Below are positions 1 through 11,790 of a stretch of 64,000 bases of DNA, piece after piece. Source of the DNA: Octopus bimaculoides (Eukaryota). The position numbers were made by a program, and so were the translations under genes. The stretch is from the NCBI RefSeq assembly GCF_001194135.2, contig NC_068981.1, forward strand, positions 43,224,922 through 43,288,921, read 5' to 3'. Position 1 is the first letter of the stretch. The number at the start of each line of letters is the position of its first letter. The notes under the pieces are model-generated. The model saw only the letters and a program-made list of their open reading frames with translations, made no database searches and was not told the origin of the DNA.

Positions 1-312
1 CACCTGATGTAGGCCTCTGTGTTGAATGTGAGGCCATGTGAGAAGATGAATGGTGGCATAACATCGTCATCACTAGTGATTACTCCAAACACCATAATGT
101 TGACCGGATGTTTTATTTTTATCACTCTTGGTACATGCACTGTCCTCATATTGACACCCAAACACTCTGAACTGTTTGTATTGGAGCTTCTGGCACAAAT
201 GCCAAGCAATACAGCATGTTGTTTCCATATTTCTGGCAGAATGAATTGTGTCATAGCACTGTTTTTCTCACAGATGGTACCCAACTGACCCTACTATACT
301 GTGTAGTCAACA
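1..312 (-). mobile_element. Tc1/mariner (maT/DD37D-like) internally deleted transposon fragment, copy 1
   Basis: Minus strand reads ...IKHPVNIMVFGVITSDDDVMPPFIFSHGL..., a transposase catalytic-region segment. Clearly homologous to 27736-28454. Confidence 0.75.
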
Positions 313-525
313 AAATGGCAGGCAGACGGCAAATGATGACGATGATGATGATGATGTGTCTATGTGTATCCTATTGTCTTCATGATTCCAAAAAATGAGC
401 ATCATCATCGTATTAGTGACGTTTTTCATTTCCATTCATCTGTGAAAAACATGTCTGACCATGGGGAGATATTACTTCGCTTGGAAACTGCTAAGGCTTG
501 GTAAAAGGAAGGGCTTCATGCCATA

Positions 526-612
526 GAAAAATCTGCCTGATTTGGAATTGTAGTCTTCTGGTACCTCATGAAAAATCTGCCTGATTTGGAATTGTAGTCT
601 TCTGGTACCTCA
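526..612 (+). repeat. Exact tandem duplication of a 43-bp unit inside a decayed RTE-tail-type repeat
   Basis: gaaaaatctgcctgatttggaattgtagtcttctggtacctca occurs at 526-568 and 570-612. Confidence 0.9.
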
Positions 613-663
613 CGAAATTGGTCTTAAAAATAAACAAAAATAGAAAGAAAGAAAAAATATATA

Positions 664-1015
664 TGGTTCCAGGTTTAGTCCCACAGTGTCTTATACCATA
701 GCCTTGGGCCAATCAAAGCCTTGTGAGCATATTTGGTTGATGGAAACTGAAAGAAGCCTGTTGTACATGCATGTGTTTTTGTGTGTGTATGTGTGTGTAT
801 GTCTTTGTGTCTGTTTGCCTTCACTACCACTTGACAACCAGTGTTGGTGTGTTTACGTACGTCCCTGTAACTTAGCAGTTTGGCAAAAGGAGACTGATAG
901 AATAAGGACCGGCTTAAAAAAATTAAGTACTTGGGTCAATTTATTTGACTAAAAGTTCTTCATGGCAGTGCCCCAGCATGGCTGCAGTCTAATACTTGAA
1001 ATGAATAAAAGACAA
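664..1015 (+). mobile_element. SINE with internal (TG)n microsatellite
   Basis: Decayed B-box-like ggttccaggtttagtcccac, body ...ggaaactgaaagaagcc, a (TG)n run, then a 3' part (cttgacaaccagtgttggtgtgttta...ccagcatgg) that recurs at about 49720-49930. Confidence 0.7.
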
Positions 1016-1454
1016 AAGAAAGAAAGAAACACCACAAAAATGAACAACTTAACTGATATTGTATAATTCTTTAAACACTCAAATGATATCTATTTTGGTA
1101 TTTGTGATACTTATGACAAACTTAGCAAAATGGATTACCTGTGTTAATATGGGTAGAACGAATGAGTCATAAAATCTTTGTCAAACAAAGAGAACCTGTT
1201 TGTTTATTTTGTTTTTCTGGAAAAGACATCAATGAATCAGCTAATTGTACATTGGTTAAGGAAGGAAAATAGAATTGATAAGAGAATAAATTACTCAGAA
1301 ATGCAATTTGCATGAAAAGCAAAAGTCAAGTCAATGTAAACATGGTTAGCATGGCTGTCTGGATTATAATAGATGTGAGGTTCAAGTTCCATGGATTGTT
1401 CTATGTACATTCTTTGTTTGTAATCATCAAACTTTCAAAAACTTTACAAACATC

Positions 1455-1998
1455 ATTGACAGGGAGGATAAACTTGATGTTAGAGACTTTTGGTAAAAGT
1501 TCAATTCAGCTGGTACGATGGATAATGTAGTTATGTCATGGGATGAAATGAAATCCTCAGCTTTGAATGATGTTTGGAAAAATATTTGACCAGACTATGT
1601 CAGAGACTTGACAAGTTTTGAACAAGCAGAAAGTCTATATCAAATTTGGAAACATATTGTAAATGACACTTGTAAATGATATAGTGTCTGACACAGAGGA
1701 TGATGTAGTTCAGTTACTTTTGTCCATAGAGAAAATTTATCTCAGTAAAAGCTGTTAGAACAGAAGCTGAGAATACAAATAATAATATGGAAATTTCACC
1801 AACCCTGCTTAAACTGATTGCAATGAAGGTCTTATAGAGGAAGGTCTGCAAGGTTTTTCTGATAACAACTCTAACTGTGAATATAGTATAAAAATTACAA
1901 AAAAAAAAAAAATGCAATGAGCTCAGTTCCTACACTGAGCTGTACAAAGAGATGATGCACTATAAACATCAAACAATTTTGGTTAAGTTCTTTGCCTC
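1455..1998 (+). pseudogene. Degenerate Tigger/pogo transposase, C-terminal part
   Basis: Manual translation gives DVRDFW*KFNSAGTMDNVVMSWDEMKSSALNDVWKNI*PDYVRDLTSF, EDDVVQLLLS and YTELYKEMMHYKHQTILVKFF. These resemble Tigger/TIGD-type C-terminal motifs, with stops and frameshifts. Confidence 0.75.
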
Positions 1999-2369
1999 TC
2001 AAGAATATGTTGATGATGATATAGAAAAGAGTGCTCCTCCCCCCAGTACCTCTCATCTCCCCACTACCACCATCCCACACACAGTAGTCAATATATTTTG
2101 TTGTAAGAATGTACTCAATTATGATATGATTCTTATTTATTCTCTAAATTTATTTCTCATCAAATGTTTTTATGCTAACATATTGTATTGTGTGTGATGT
2201 AGTTGTGTTGCTTTTTTTTGTTGTTGTTTTCTGAAAAACATCCGTCAGAACACATTATTACTTTATAACATGGAAATCAATGGGAAAATTAATTTCACAT
2301 TATGGGATTTCATGTTGCACTAAGTTTTTTAAAAATGCATTACTTCCATAATGCAGGGGATTCTTGTAT

Positions 2370-2603
2370 GTGTGTATATATATATGTGTGTGTGTGTGTG
2401 CGTGTGCATATATACATACATTTACATGCACCTGCACACCGACACACATGCACCCCTATATCATCAATATCATATATATATCATCATATATATGAGTGTA
2501 TATGTTTGTGTGTGTGTCATCATCATCATTAAATGATGATGATGACAGTATGTGTGCACACACACAAACATCCATTCACATACATGCATATGCACACAAC
2601 CCA

Positions 2604-2655
<52 letters not shown>

Positions 2656-2760
2656 TATGTGTGTTTGTGTGTATGTGTGTTTATACATATACATATGTAT
2701 GCATATATGTATACATATATATGTGTATATGTATGTATGTATGTATGTATGTATGAATTA
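2370..2760. repeat. Compound (TA)n/(TG)n/(CA)n/(TATG)n microsatellite
   Basis: Directly visible; source of the YI/CV/HT pseudo-ORFs. Confidence 0.95.
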
Positions 2761-3959
2761 TATGACTAAAGAGAAGCAACAGAAGACAGAGAAATAAGTT
2801 AAGAATAAAAGATAGTAAGGAGAAAATGAGAAAAAGAGTGAGAGAGACCGATAATTCTGTAGAAATTCACTTTACAATTAAATGATTTTAGCTCCAATCA
2901 AAATGTGTGGCACCTTGGATTATCATCTACAACCATAACCCAAAATTCATTGAAGTCTTGTGTCTGCTAGTAGGTAGTCAGAATCTATATGGAAGCCCAA
3001 GGAATTGAGTAAACATGTTCTTTGTACACCTGACAGATAACTTCTTTTAATACACTCACATATCATGAAATTACTCTGTTGCAAGAATTTGGACTAGTTT
3101 TCTAGTCTGAAGGTAACTTGATGTCTTGAATTAGATACTTCTTGTAGTAGCCACCTACAGTCTTGGAGGTTCTGCAAAAATGTCACAAGAGCTGACCTTC
3201 ATCCTATGATTATTCCATAAAAAAAAACTATGATGGATTATATATAGTTGTCCATGCTTTGATGAAGATCCTGTCACCACCGTCACTACCTACATTTTCT
3301 GTTGATATTGTATTAAGTCTTTTGTTATAGCAATGTTGCGTAACTCAGTCTCTTTCTCTCTCTCCTGTAATGAGAAAATATATTCCATCATATGATAAAA
3401 GAAATCTAGAAAAACAAAACTGAAACAAAATATACAAAAGTAAACCCACAAAAAATAGGAAATGAATGGAAAGTAAATAGAAATACAAGGGAAATATAAT
3501 ATTTATCATCCAAAATGGTAGAAATTACATCAGAGAAACCAATTATAGAGGAAATTGTATCAAAATCTTCACATTTTCCATCTAAATATGTACACAATCA
3601 TAATAGCCAAACTATAAAGACAAGTTAGAATACAGTGTTGAACATTGACAGGCAAGAAAGTGTAGGGAGTAAATACATAAAGAGTGCACACACGTGTGTC
3701 TGTATGCATAATATCATATGTATACATACATTCACACACACAAATATATATGTGTGTGTATACACATGCTCTTGAATACATACATACACTTGTATATGTG
3801 TGTATACACAAATACACACACCTATGAAGGAAATGACAGAGAATTGCAAGAAATGGCGAGACTGTGTGCTATAGAAAACCCATCTAGCCATAAAAATGAT
3901 TTGTGTAAACACATGCATTTTTGTGTGTATATGGGGATTATTTGTGAGTTTGCATTTCT

Positions 3960-4060
3960 GTGTGTGTGAGTGTGTGCGTGTGTGCATGTGCCTGTGCATG
4001 TGCGTGAGTGTGTGTGTGTATGTGCAAAGAGTGATACATACGCACATGGAAAAGAGAAAG

Positions 4061-4115
<55 letters not shown>

Positions 4116-4219
4116 AAGAGAGAGAGAGTGGGGTACACAGTAATGTTAGAAAATACACATTTACATTATTGCATGAGATAATAATGTGAATAAGTACTTG
4201 ATCCTTAATATGTATATAC

Positions 4220-4288
<69 letters not shown>

Positions 4289-4294
4289 CTAGTA

Positions 4295-4326
<32 letters not shown>

Positions 4327-4331
4327 AATAC

Positions 4332-4373
<42 letters not shown>

Positions 4374-4380
4374 TAATAAT
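3960..4380. repeat. (TG)n, (GA)n and (AAT)n-(GAT)n-(AAT)n compound microsatellites
   Basis: Directly visible. Confidence 0.95.
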
Positions 4381-5169
4381 ACACTGCACTTTGGGCTTGT
4401 GTATAATCAATTATTTCTTCAGGTGTTGCTGTGGTATTTTTGTCAGAAAAGGTGTTGCTTTTTATGTTACTGCTTTGTATTTTGCTTGCCTGCGGACATA
4501 CAGTTTAAGTGTTAGGTTTGAGTGTACAATAATACTATTGAAGAGAATTGAAGAGCCTTTTATGCCTTAGGGTTTCTTCTATTCTCTGTTTATTGATGGT
4601 TCGTTTTGAAAGTGTTTATCTATTTTTTTTTTTATTATTTGTTATTTTCCATTATTTAACATTTTCATTCTGGGTATGCATAGGAATAAGCATTGTTCAT
4701 TAAACACACCCCAATTTTTTCAATGAGATTCTGCAGGTAACTGGATTGTTATTATTATTATTATTGTTGTTGTTGTTGTTGTTGTTGTTAAGTTTCTGGA
4801 GCGGCAATAGTTGTGTTGGAGTTTTATTGTCGCCTACATCATTCTAGGAATTTGGTTAGAAGAGAAATCTCATTTTGTGTTTTTTTGTTTTTATGTATTT
4901 GAAAATATCTACTGTTGTTGATATTGTTGGTGGTGTTTAAGCCTAAGGTAATGCCGTTCAAGCAGAAATATGATCAAAAGCATTCTAGTCATGTCCATCC
5001 CATTTTGTATTTCCTAAGCAAAGTATCTAAAGACTACATTTTTAATGTGTCATTCTTCTAATATGTGTACACAACACATGCATGTACATGTACATACATA
5101 CAAACACACACAAACATAAAAACATACATACACAGAGACACAGAGATACACACAGACACACACATACAT

Positions 5170-5214
<45 letters not shown>

Positions 5215-5224
5215 NNNNNNNNNN

Positions 5225-5255
<31 letters not shown>

Positions 5256-5700
5256 AATATATATATGTATATAAATTTTTGTATACACATACGTACATGC
5301 AGTATACAATACATACATACACATATATAGGCCACTGTCTTGTAACATAGCTCTAGGCTGACCAAAAACGTGTGAGTAGATTTGGAAGATGGAACTTGAA
5401 AGAAGCTCATCCTCATCATCTTCCCACCCCTCTTCATCTTCTTTGTTTAATGCCCAATATTTCATGTTGGCATTACTTGGACTGTTTAACAGGATCTGAT
5501 GTGTCCAGGGACTGAATTGTACTCTAATGTCTGCTTTGGGACAGTTTCTTCAGCTTTTATCAAAAATCAATGTTTGACAAACAATCCAGCCTGATGCCTG
5601 TTTTGAGAATAAATTCCTCTTTTATTACCACTCACTTGGTAGATTTTGGTAAAAGAAGTCATGTGTGTGGGGTCTGCTTTCCCTTCCCGATTATGTGTGT

Positions 5701-5733
<33 letters not shown>

Positions 5734-5859
5734 TGAGAAACTGAGAGAGAGAGAGAAGAGGGAAAGTGTGTGTGTGTGTGTGTGTGTATTTGGTAATAAG
5801 TAGGTATATGTGTGTGCATACATTGTCATATTCATGTCTTTTATGTCTCATCTCTACTG

Positions 5860-6290
5860 TATCAATCCCTAACAACTTGGCACTCACTTAACAAAAACCT
5901 TTGTCATGCCAAGTTCATTGTGCAGAATATTCTCAATTCTCTCACAGGATATGCTAATAGTATTGGTCATTTGATTTATAGTCAGTTGTCTGTCATCTAT
6001 CACCATGTGGTGAACACAATCAATGTTTGCTTTGGTGGTGATAGTTACAGGATGTCCAGACTATCTGTTCCCCTCCTACATCCAGCTGCCTACTTTTGCA
6101 CTGTTGATAAAGTTGGAGCATCATCCCCTAATGTAACAACCACATCAGCATGATTGTCCTTGGTGGCTAAACTCTTTTTCTGCAAGTACTTGTTTGATAA
6201 CACCATGATGCCAAATTTTATTAATTTTCAAGAAAAGTCACTACTAGTTACTTTTGAAGAACTCTTTGAACAGTCAGACATCAATTTACC
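5860..6290 (-). pseudogene. Degenerate mariner transposase, N-terminal/HTH region
   Basis: Minus strand reads GDDAPTLSTVQK*AA...IDDRQLTINQMTNTISISCERIENILHNELGMTKVFVK*VP, a decayed form of the mariner WVPR/HxL region. Confidence 0.8.
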
Positions 6291-6444
6291 TGGAAAGAAA
6301 CAATGAAGTTATTAATAAGAACAGTTGAAAATAATACATGCAAGATTTCACAGCTCTAGCATCAGTCCTTGGCCTATAAACTTTTCAGCTCACCCTCATT
6401 TAATATCCAAATTCAAATATACATCTATATACTGAAAAAGATAT

Positions 6445-6995
6445 GGGTTGTGAAGACCCCCTGCTTGCGAAGACCTGTTGAGGCAAGTGAAATCGAAATT
6501 GAAATCGAAATTGATCCAAATTCAATGACTGGCACCCATGCCAACCTTCCTTCATTGGACACTAAACTCAGCTTACGAAGACCTGTTGGGCAAGTGAGAT
6601 CGATCAAAACTGAACCAAATTCGATGACTGGCACCCGTGCCACTGGAGCGCTAACAGCACCATCCGAGTGGATTCACTGCTAGAGTAGCGGTCTCGCTTC
6701 CGTGCTGGTGGCACATAAAAAGCACCATTTGAGCGCGATCATTTCCAGCTTCGCCTTACTGGCACTTATGCCAGTGGCATGTAAAAAACACCATTTGAGT
6801 GTGGCTGTTGCCAGTACCGCTGGACTGGCCCCCATGCCAGTGACATGTAGAAAACACCCACTACACTCTCGGGTATCCAGCTGTAGAAACTCTGCCAGAT
6901 CAGATTGGAGTCTGGTGTAGCCATGTGGTTCGCCAGTCCCCAGTCAAATCGTCCAACCCATGCTAGCATGGAAAGAGGACATTAAATGATGATGA

Positions 6996-6998
<3 letters not shown>
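6445..6998 (+). mobile_element. RTE LINE 3' UTR and tail
   Basis: Repeated hairpin modules, then cccactacactctc...ccagtccccagtcaaatcgtccaacccatgctagcatggaaag...ttaaatgatgatgat. The same tail follows RT sequence at 17985-18995 and 29840-31130. Confidence 0.85.
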
Positions 6999-7030
<32 letters not shown>

Positions 7031-7914
7031 NNNNNNNNNNNNNNNNNNNNNNNNNNNNNTATGATATATTTATATATAGATATGCAGGGCAGGGAGTATT
7101 ATGTACTCTTAACTGTGAAACAATTGTACTGAATTAACTAAAGGCGAGTGTTTTTTACTCTTCTCTATTGTTTTTTGTTCTGTGTGTATCAAAAATATCG
7201 CTATCAATCTGGAGTAATAATTTGTAGTTTTGAAATCAGTAGTTCTTTGACTGCTATTTCTGAATTCTCAGTATGTTGGAGAAGCAGGTTACTGTCAATC
7301 CCTATATATTTATGATATATTTATATATATATATAGATATATATATATCTATATATATATGCATATATACATGCATACAGAATAAAGGCACACATACATG
7401 TACGCATATGCAAACTTACAAATACATATATATAAATACATACAAATCATATATATATAAATATTTTAATAGGACAAATATGTATACACGATCACATAGA
7501 AGTAAATGGATATAAACATATAGCCAGTCCATAATGCTATCAAGTAAACACTTCAATTAGATTGAATCTGCCAAACTGGATTATGAAAGTAAATTTAATG
7601 AATCATACGTAATATTAATATAATTGAAGGTAACATTTATATGGTTATGCATTACATTCAAGAGACCAAGCAATTTTACATTCAATACTTCTAATAAACT
7701 GACTTTTTATGGTTTATATATTGCTCATGAAATAATTTCATCGATGAGATTTCCTGGATCTCACCTGCATAAAACTCTGCATTATACTCTTCTGTAGAAA
7801 ATTATTATGAGGTTTGCTAGCCAGGTCTACTAGAGGAGCTTTCTGTGATAGCCACATGGTTCTATGAATCCATATACTACACTATAATTTTACACACACA
7901 CACACACACATATC

Positions 7915-8085
7915 ATCATAATCATCCTCATCATTTAGTGTCTATTTCTATGCTGGCAAAGATTAGATGGTTTGACTGGAACTGTTAAGCTGGAGAGTAT
8001 GGCTGGATGCCCTTCCTAATGCCAACCACTCCAAGAGTGTAGTGGGTGACTTTTATATATCACTGGCATGGTTGCCTTTTACATG
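7915..8085 (-). mobile_element. RTE 3' tail fragment
   Basis: (CAT)n followed by ggctggatgcccttcctaatgccaaccactccaagagtgtagtgggtg. Confidence 0.8.
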
Positions 8086-8088
8086 CCA

Positions 8089-8134
<46 letters not shown>

Positions 8135-8380
8135 NNNNNNNNNNNNNNNNNNNNNNNNNNNNNNNNNNNNNNNNNNNNNNNNNNNNNNNNNNNNNNNNNN
8201 NNNNNNNNNNNNNNNNNNNNNNNNNNNNNNNNNNNNNNNNNNNNNNNNNNNNNNNNNNNNNNNNNNNNNNNNNNNNNNNNNNNNNNNNNNNNNNNNNNNN
8301 NNNNNNNNNNNNNNNNNNNNNNNNNNNNNNNTATATAAGCAATGAGGATAAGCAAATTAGACACATCAAATATATAAATA

Positions 8381-9569
8381 TACTAGCAGAGGCACCCGGC
8401 GTTGCTCGGGAATGAAATTGTTGCTTATATACTTGAAGAAAAAAAGGCAAAATATGCTGTATAGAAATTTGAGGACATTCTGTAGATGGACTCTCAGATG
8501 AATGATGGCTGGGCACCTCTCATGAATGGGGAAAATTGAAGATGTGCCAAAAAGCCTCATTGGTACTTGGAAACTTTTACGAAAATTAAAATTGGATCGT
8601 TGCTAGTGCCCCTGGACTGGCTGTTGTGCGGGTGGCACATAAAATACACCATTTCGAGCGTGGCCATTGCCAGTACCGCCTGACTGGCCTTCTACACTCT
8701 CTGAGTGGTTGGCGTTAGGAAGGGCATCCAGCTTTAGAAACTCTGCCAAATTAGATTGGAGCCTGGTGTTGCCATCCGGTTTCACCAGTCCTCAGTCAAA
8801 TCGTCCAACCCATGCTAACATGGAAAGCGGACGTTAAACGATGATGATGATGATGATTAAATGAAAAAAATGATTTACGTGAATATCCTCAGAAGAGTAA
8901 TTGAAATAAATAGCGATTGTGGAGCCCCCCCCCACGCACGCACGCGCGCGCACGCATACACACGTGTGTCTTTGTAAATATGTTTGTATACATTTATGTA
9001 TGTGTGTGTTTGTAAGAGACAGAGGTTTGTTGTCATGTATACGTACATGCATAAATATACATACATCTTTGGATGTATGCATATGACAATACAGCCCTTG
9101 ACTCATTCGCACTCTGTTTCTTAAAATCACGCACGCGCGCACATACACACGTGTGTCTTTGTAAATATGTTTGTATACATTTATGTATGTGTGTGTTTGT
9201 AAGAGACAGAGTGTGAGTGAGTCAAGGTGTGTGTATGTGTGTGAGACAGAGTGAGAGAGCGGTGTGTATGTAGTATTTACTCTCTCTCTCTCTCTCTCTC
9301 TCATACACATGAACACACAAAATAGAAAGTGAAGCTTTTTGCGGTTGTTACGTCAATACCGGAAGTTGACATTGAGGAACCTTTTTAAAGAAGTGAATCT
9401 TAAATATAAAGCAATATTATTTATTTTTAATTAAAAAAATCAAATGAAGAGCTTAAGATTTATCCGGGGTCAAATTATTCATGCATTACAAATATGGAAG
9501 CATTTGGTGAAGTCGATTTCACGTGAAAAGCGATTACACACACATCTCTGTTTTATATATAGTATAGAT
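8381..9569 (+). mobile_element. Non-autonomous Helitron-like (HINE/Lep1-type) element with nested RTE tail
   Basis: 5' actagcagaggcacccggcgttgctcggg, 3' ...ctgttttatatatagtatagat, internal microsatellites and an about 84-bp internal duplication. End motifs resemble non-autonomous Helitron/Helentron derivatives. Confidence 0.55.
8596..8856 (+). mobile_element. Young RTE 3' tail insertion
   Basis: Very close match to 30813-31130; ends ggacgttaaacgatgatgatgatgatga. Confidence 0.9.
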
Positions 9570-9824
9570 TAAACAAAATATGTATATAGGCATATGCAAT
9601 ATAAGAGAAAACAAAAGTTGGAAACTTTCAGGTGATTAATGATGAATTTATATGTATAAATAGATATTTATTTATATAAATAACTCCTGCTTACACAGAG
9701 CACAAAGAACAGAGAATTTTAAAGGGGTTGGACTTACAATACCTTTCTTCTACCCCTTTAAATTTCTCTGTTGTTTGTACTCTGTGTAAGTTGGACATAT
9801 TTACATGAATGTGTATATATTTTA

Positions 9825-11790
9825 TCCTCATCATCATCATTGGTTAATCTATCTTCCATGCATGCATGGGTAGGACGGCTGACAGGAGCCAGCCAGGCAG
9901 AAAAACTACCCTTGGCTACTGTGTCTGCTTTGGCAGGGATTTTACAGCTAGATGCCCCTCCCTAACACCAACCACTCCGCAGAGTGGACTCAGTGCTTTT
10001 TACATGGCACCAGCACTGGTGATGTTAGTTTTGGCCTGATTTTTACAGCTGGATGCCCTTCCAAATGCCAGCCATGTTAGTGTAGACTGGATGCTTATAA
10101 CGTGGCACCAACACTGGCAGGGTAACCAAGTAACTTGCAAGACAAGGAATTGTGTGAGAGGCAGGGGAATTTGAGGAGGGAAACTTGTGTCAAAAAGACA
10201 GAGGAACAGAAGTAGATGTCTTTCCACAACAGAGGTGGGCATTGGAGGAGGTGATCCAGTATCAGATGATGAAAGGTTAGAGTGTAACAGAGGAATAGAG
10301 AGGCAGAAATAAGTGTCTTGGTATGGAGGAGGTACATGGTTACCCAGAGAGAGTGAGAGAGAGGGAGAGAGAGACATAGAGAGAGAAAAGAGATAGGGAG
10401 TGAGGCAGAGAGAAAAAGAGAGGAGGAGAGAGAAAGAGTGAGGGAGAAAAGAGACAGAAAGAGAGAAAGTAAGAGAGAGAGAGAAAAGAGAGAGTGAGTG
10501 AGTGTGAGAGAGAAAAGAGATAGAGGGTGAGAGTGAGAGAGAGAGAGAGAGAAAAGAGATAGAGAGTGAGAGAGAGAGAGAAAGAAAGAGAGAGAAAGAG
10601 AGACAGAGAGTGAGAGACAGGTACAAGAAAAAGATCAGAAACAAGTGTGCTGATGTGAACGTGATTCTTGGTTACCTAGTCAGAGGAAAAAGAAGAGAAG
10701 GAGAGAGAGGGAGTGACCAAGAGAAAAAGAGAGAGTAGGAAACAGTAAGATAGAGCAGAAGAGAAATGGTGTAGTGCTTGGGCATACTCACAAGTAACAA
10801 GGATCTGAGTATAGAACATGGGTAGAAAAATAAGGTGTGGGTGTTGGAGGTGGGGGAATCAGTGATACAGTGAGCAGGTCAGTGAAGGTAAGAAAGGGGA
10901 TTGAAAAACAATCATAGTTAACAAAGAGGAAATGTGAGGAAGAGAAAGATGCAGTTAGAAGAGGAGTTGTAGTTTGGTTTCTTAGAGCAGAGTGGGTAAA
11001 ATGTGTGTTGTTACATGTGGATGGAACACAACTCTTCTAGCACTCAGTTTCGTGGACAGGTCTTCTCTAGAACTTCATATCACCAAACATCTTCGTCCAT
11101 TGTCATTTCCTCCGTGAGTCCCAACATCCTAAAATTGGTCCTCACCACTTCCTCTCATATTTTCCTGAGTCCCCTTCTTCCATAGGTACCATCCACTTTC
11201 AGTGACGGGCACTTCTGTATACAGCTGTCTTCACTCATATGCATCACATGTCCAGACCAACACATTCTCCTCTCCTGCATACCACATTTAATTCCTCTTA
11301 TGCCCAACTTTTCTCTCAGCACAGTTGTGTTTTGTCAGTCATGCACACTGATGTTGCAAACCCAGTGGCGTATACTACCTTCATTCCTCTCCATTCTATT
11401 CATGTCTTCAGTCAGAGCCCATGTCTCACTACCATGTAACATAGCTGTTCTCACACAAGCATCATATAATCTACCTTTCACTCTGAGAGAGATTCATTTT
11501 GTTGCCAACAGAGGTAGTAGTTATCTGAACTTCCTCCATCTTATACTTATTCTTGACACAATACTTTCAGAACATCCACCACCATTACTAATGTGGTCCC
11601 CTAAATAGCAGAAACTATCTGCTACCTCAACAGAGCTTCCTGGGCATTTGAGAGAGTTTAAGTCACTTGTGCTCTTAGTACTTATTGTTCATGCACTCCT
11701 GCCACATGTGAAAGTGACCTTATCTGACAATCTATCCCTGAATCCACTGCATCTCTTATGCATCCATAGCTTACGCTTGGTGCAGTAAAT
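9825..11790 (-). mobile_element. 5'-truncated RTE LINE (RT C-terminus, CT-rich 3' region, tail)
   Basis: Minus strand at about 11200-11610 reads ADSFCYLGDHISNGGGCSESIVSRISIRWRKFR*LLPLL...LYDACVRTAMLHGSETWAL...LREKLGIRGIKCGMQERR. Tail motif and (CAT)n at about 9825-10100. Confidence 0.85.

Noticed and set aside
3294-3364. Minus-strand exon-like segment EREKETELRNIAITKDLIQYQQK
   Set aside because: It starts in a (GA)n run, its phase does not match the supported exon, and there is no other support.
2302-5465. Many long ORFs (YIYI, CVCV, HTHT, poly-N/I/M)
   Set aside because: They are translations of di- and trinucleotide microsatellites or run through N gaps; the same applies throughout the window.
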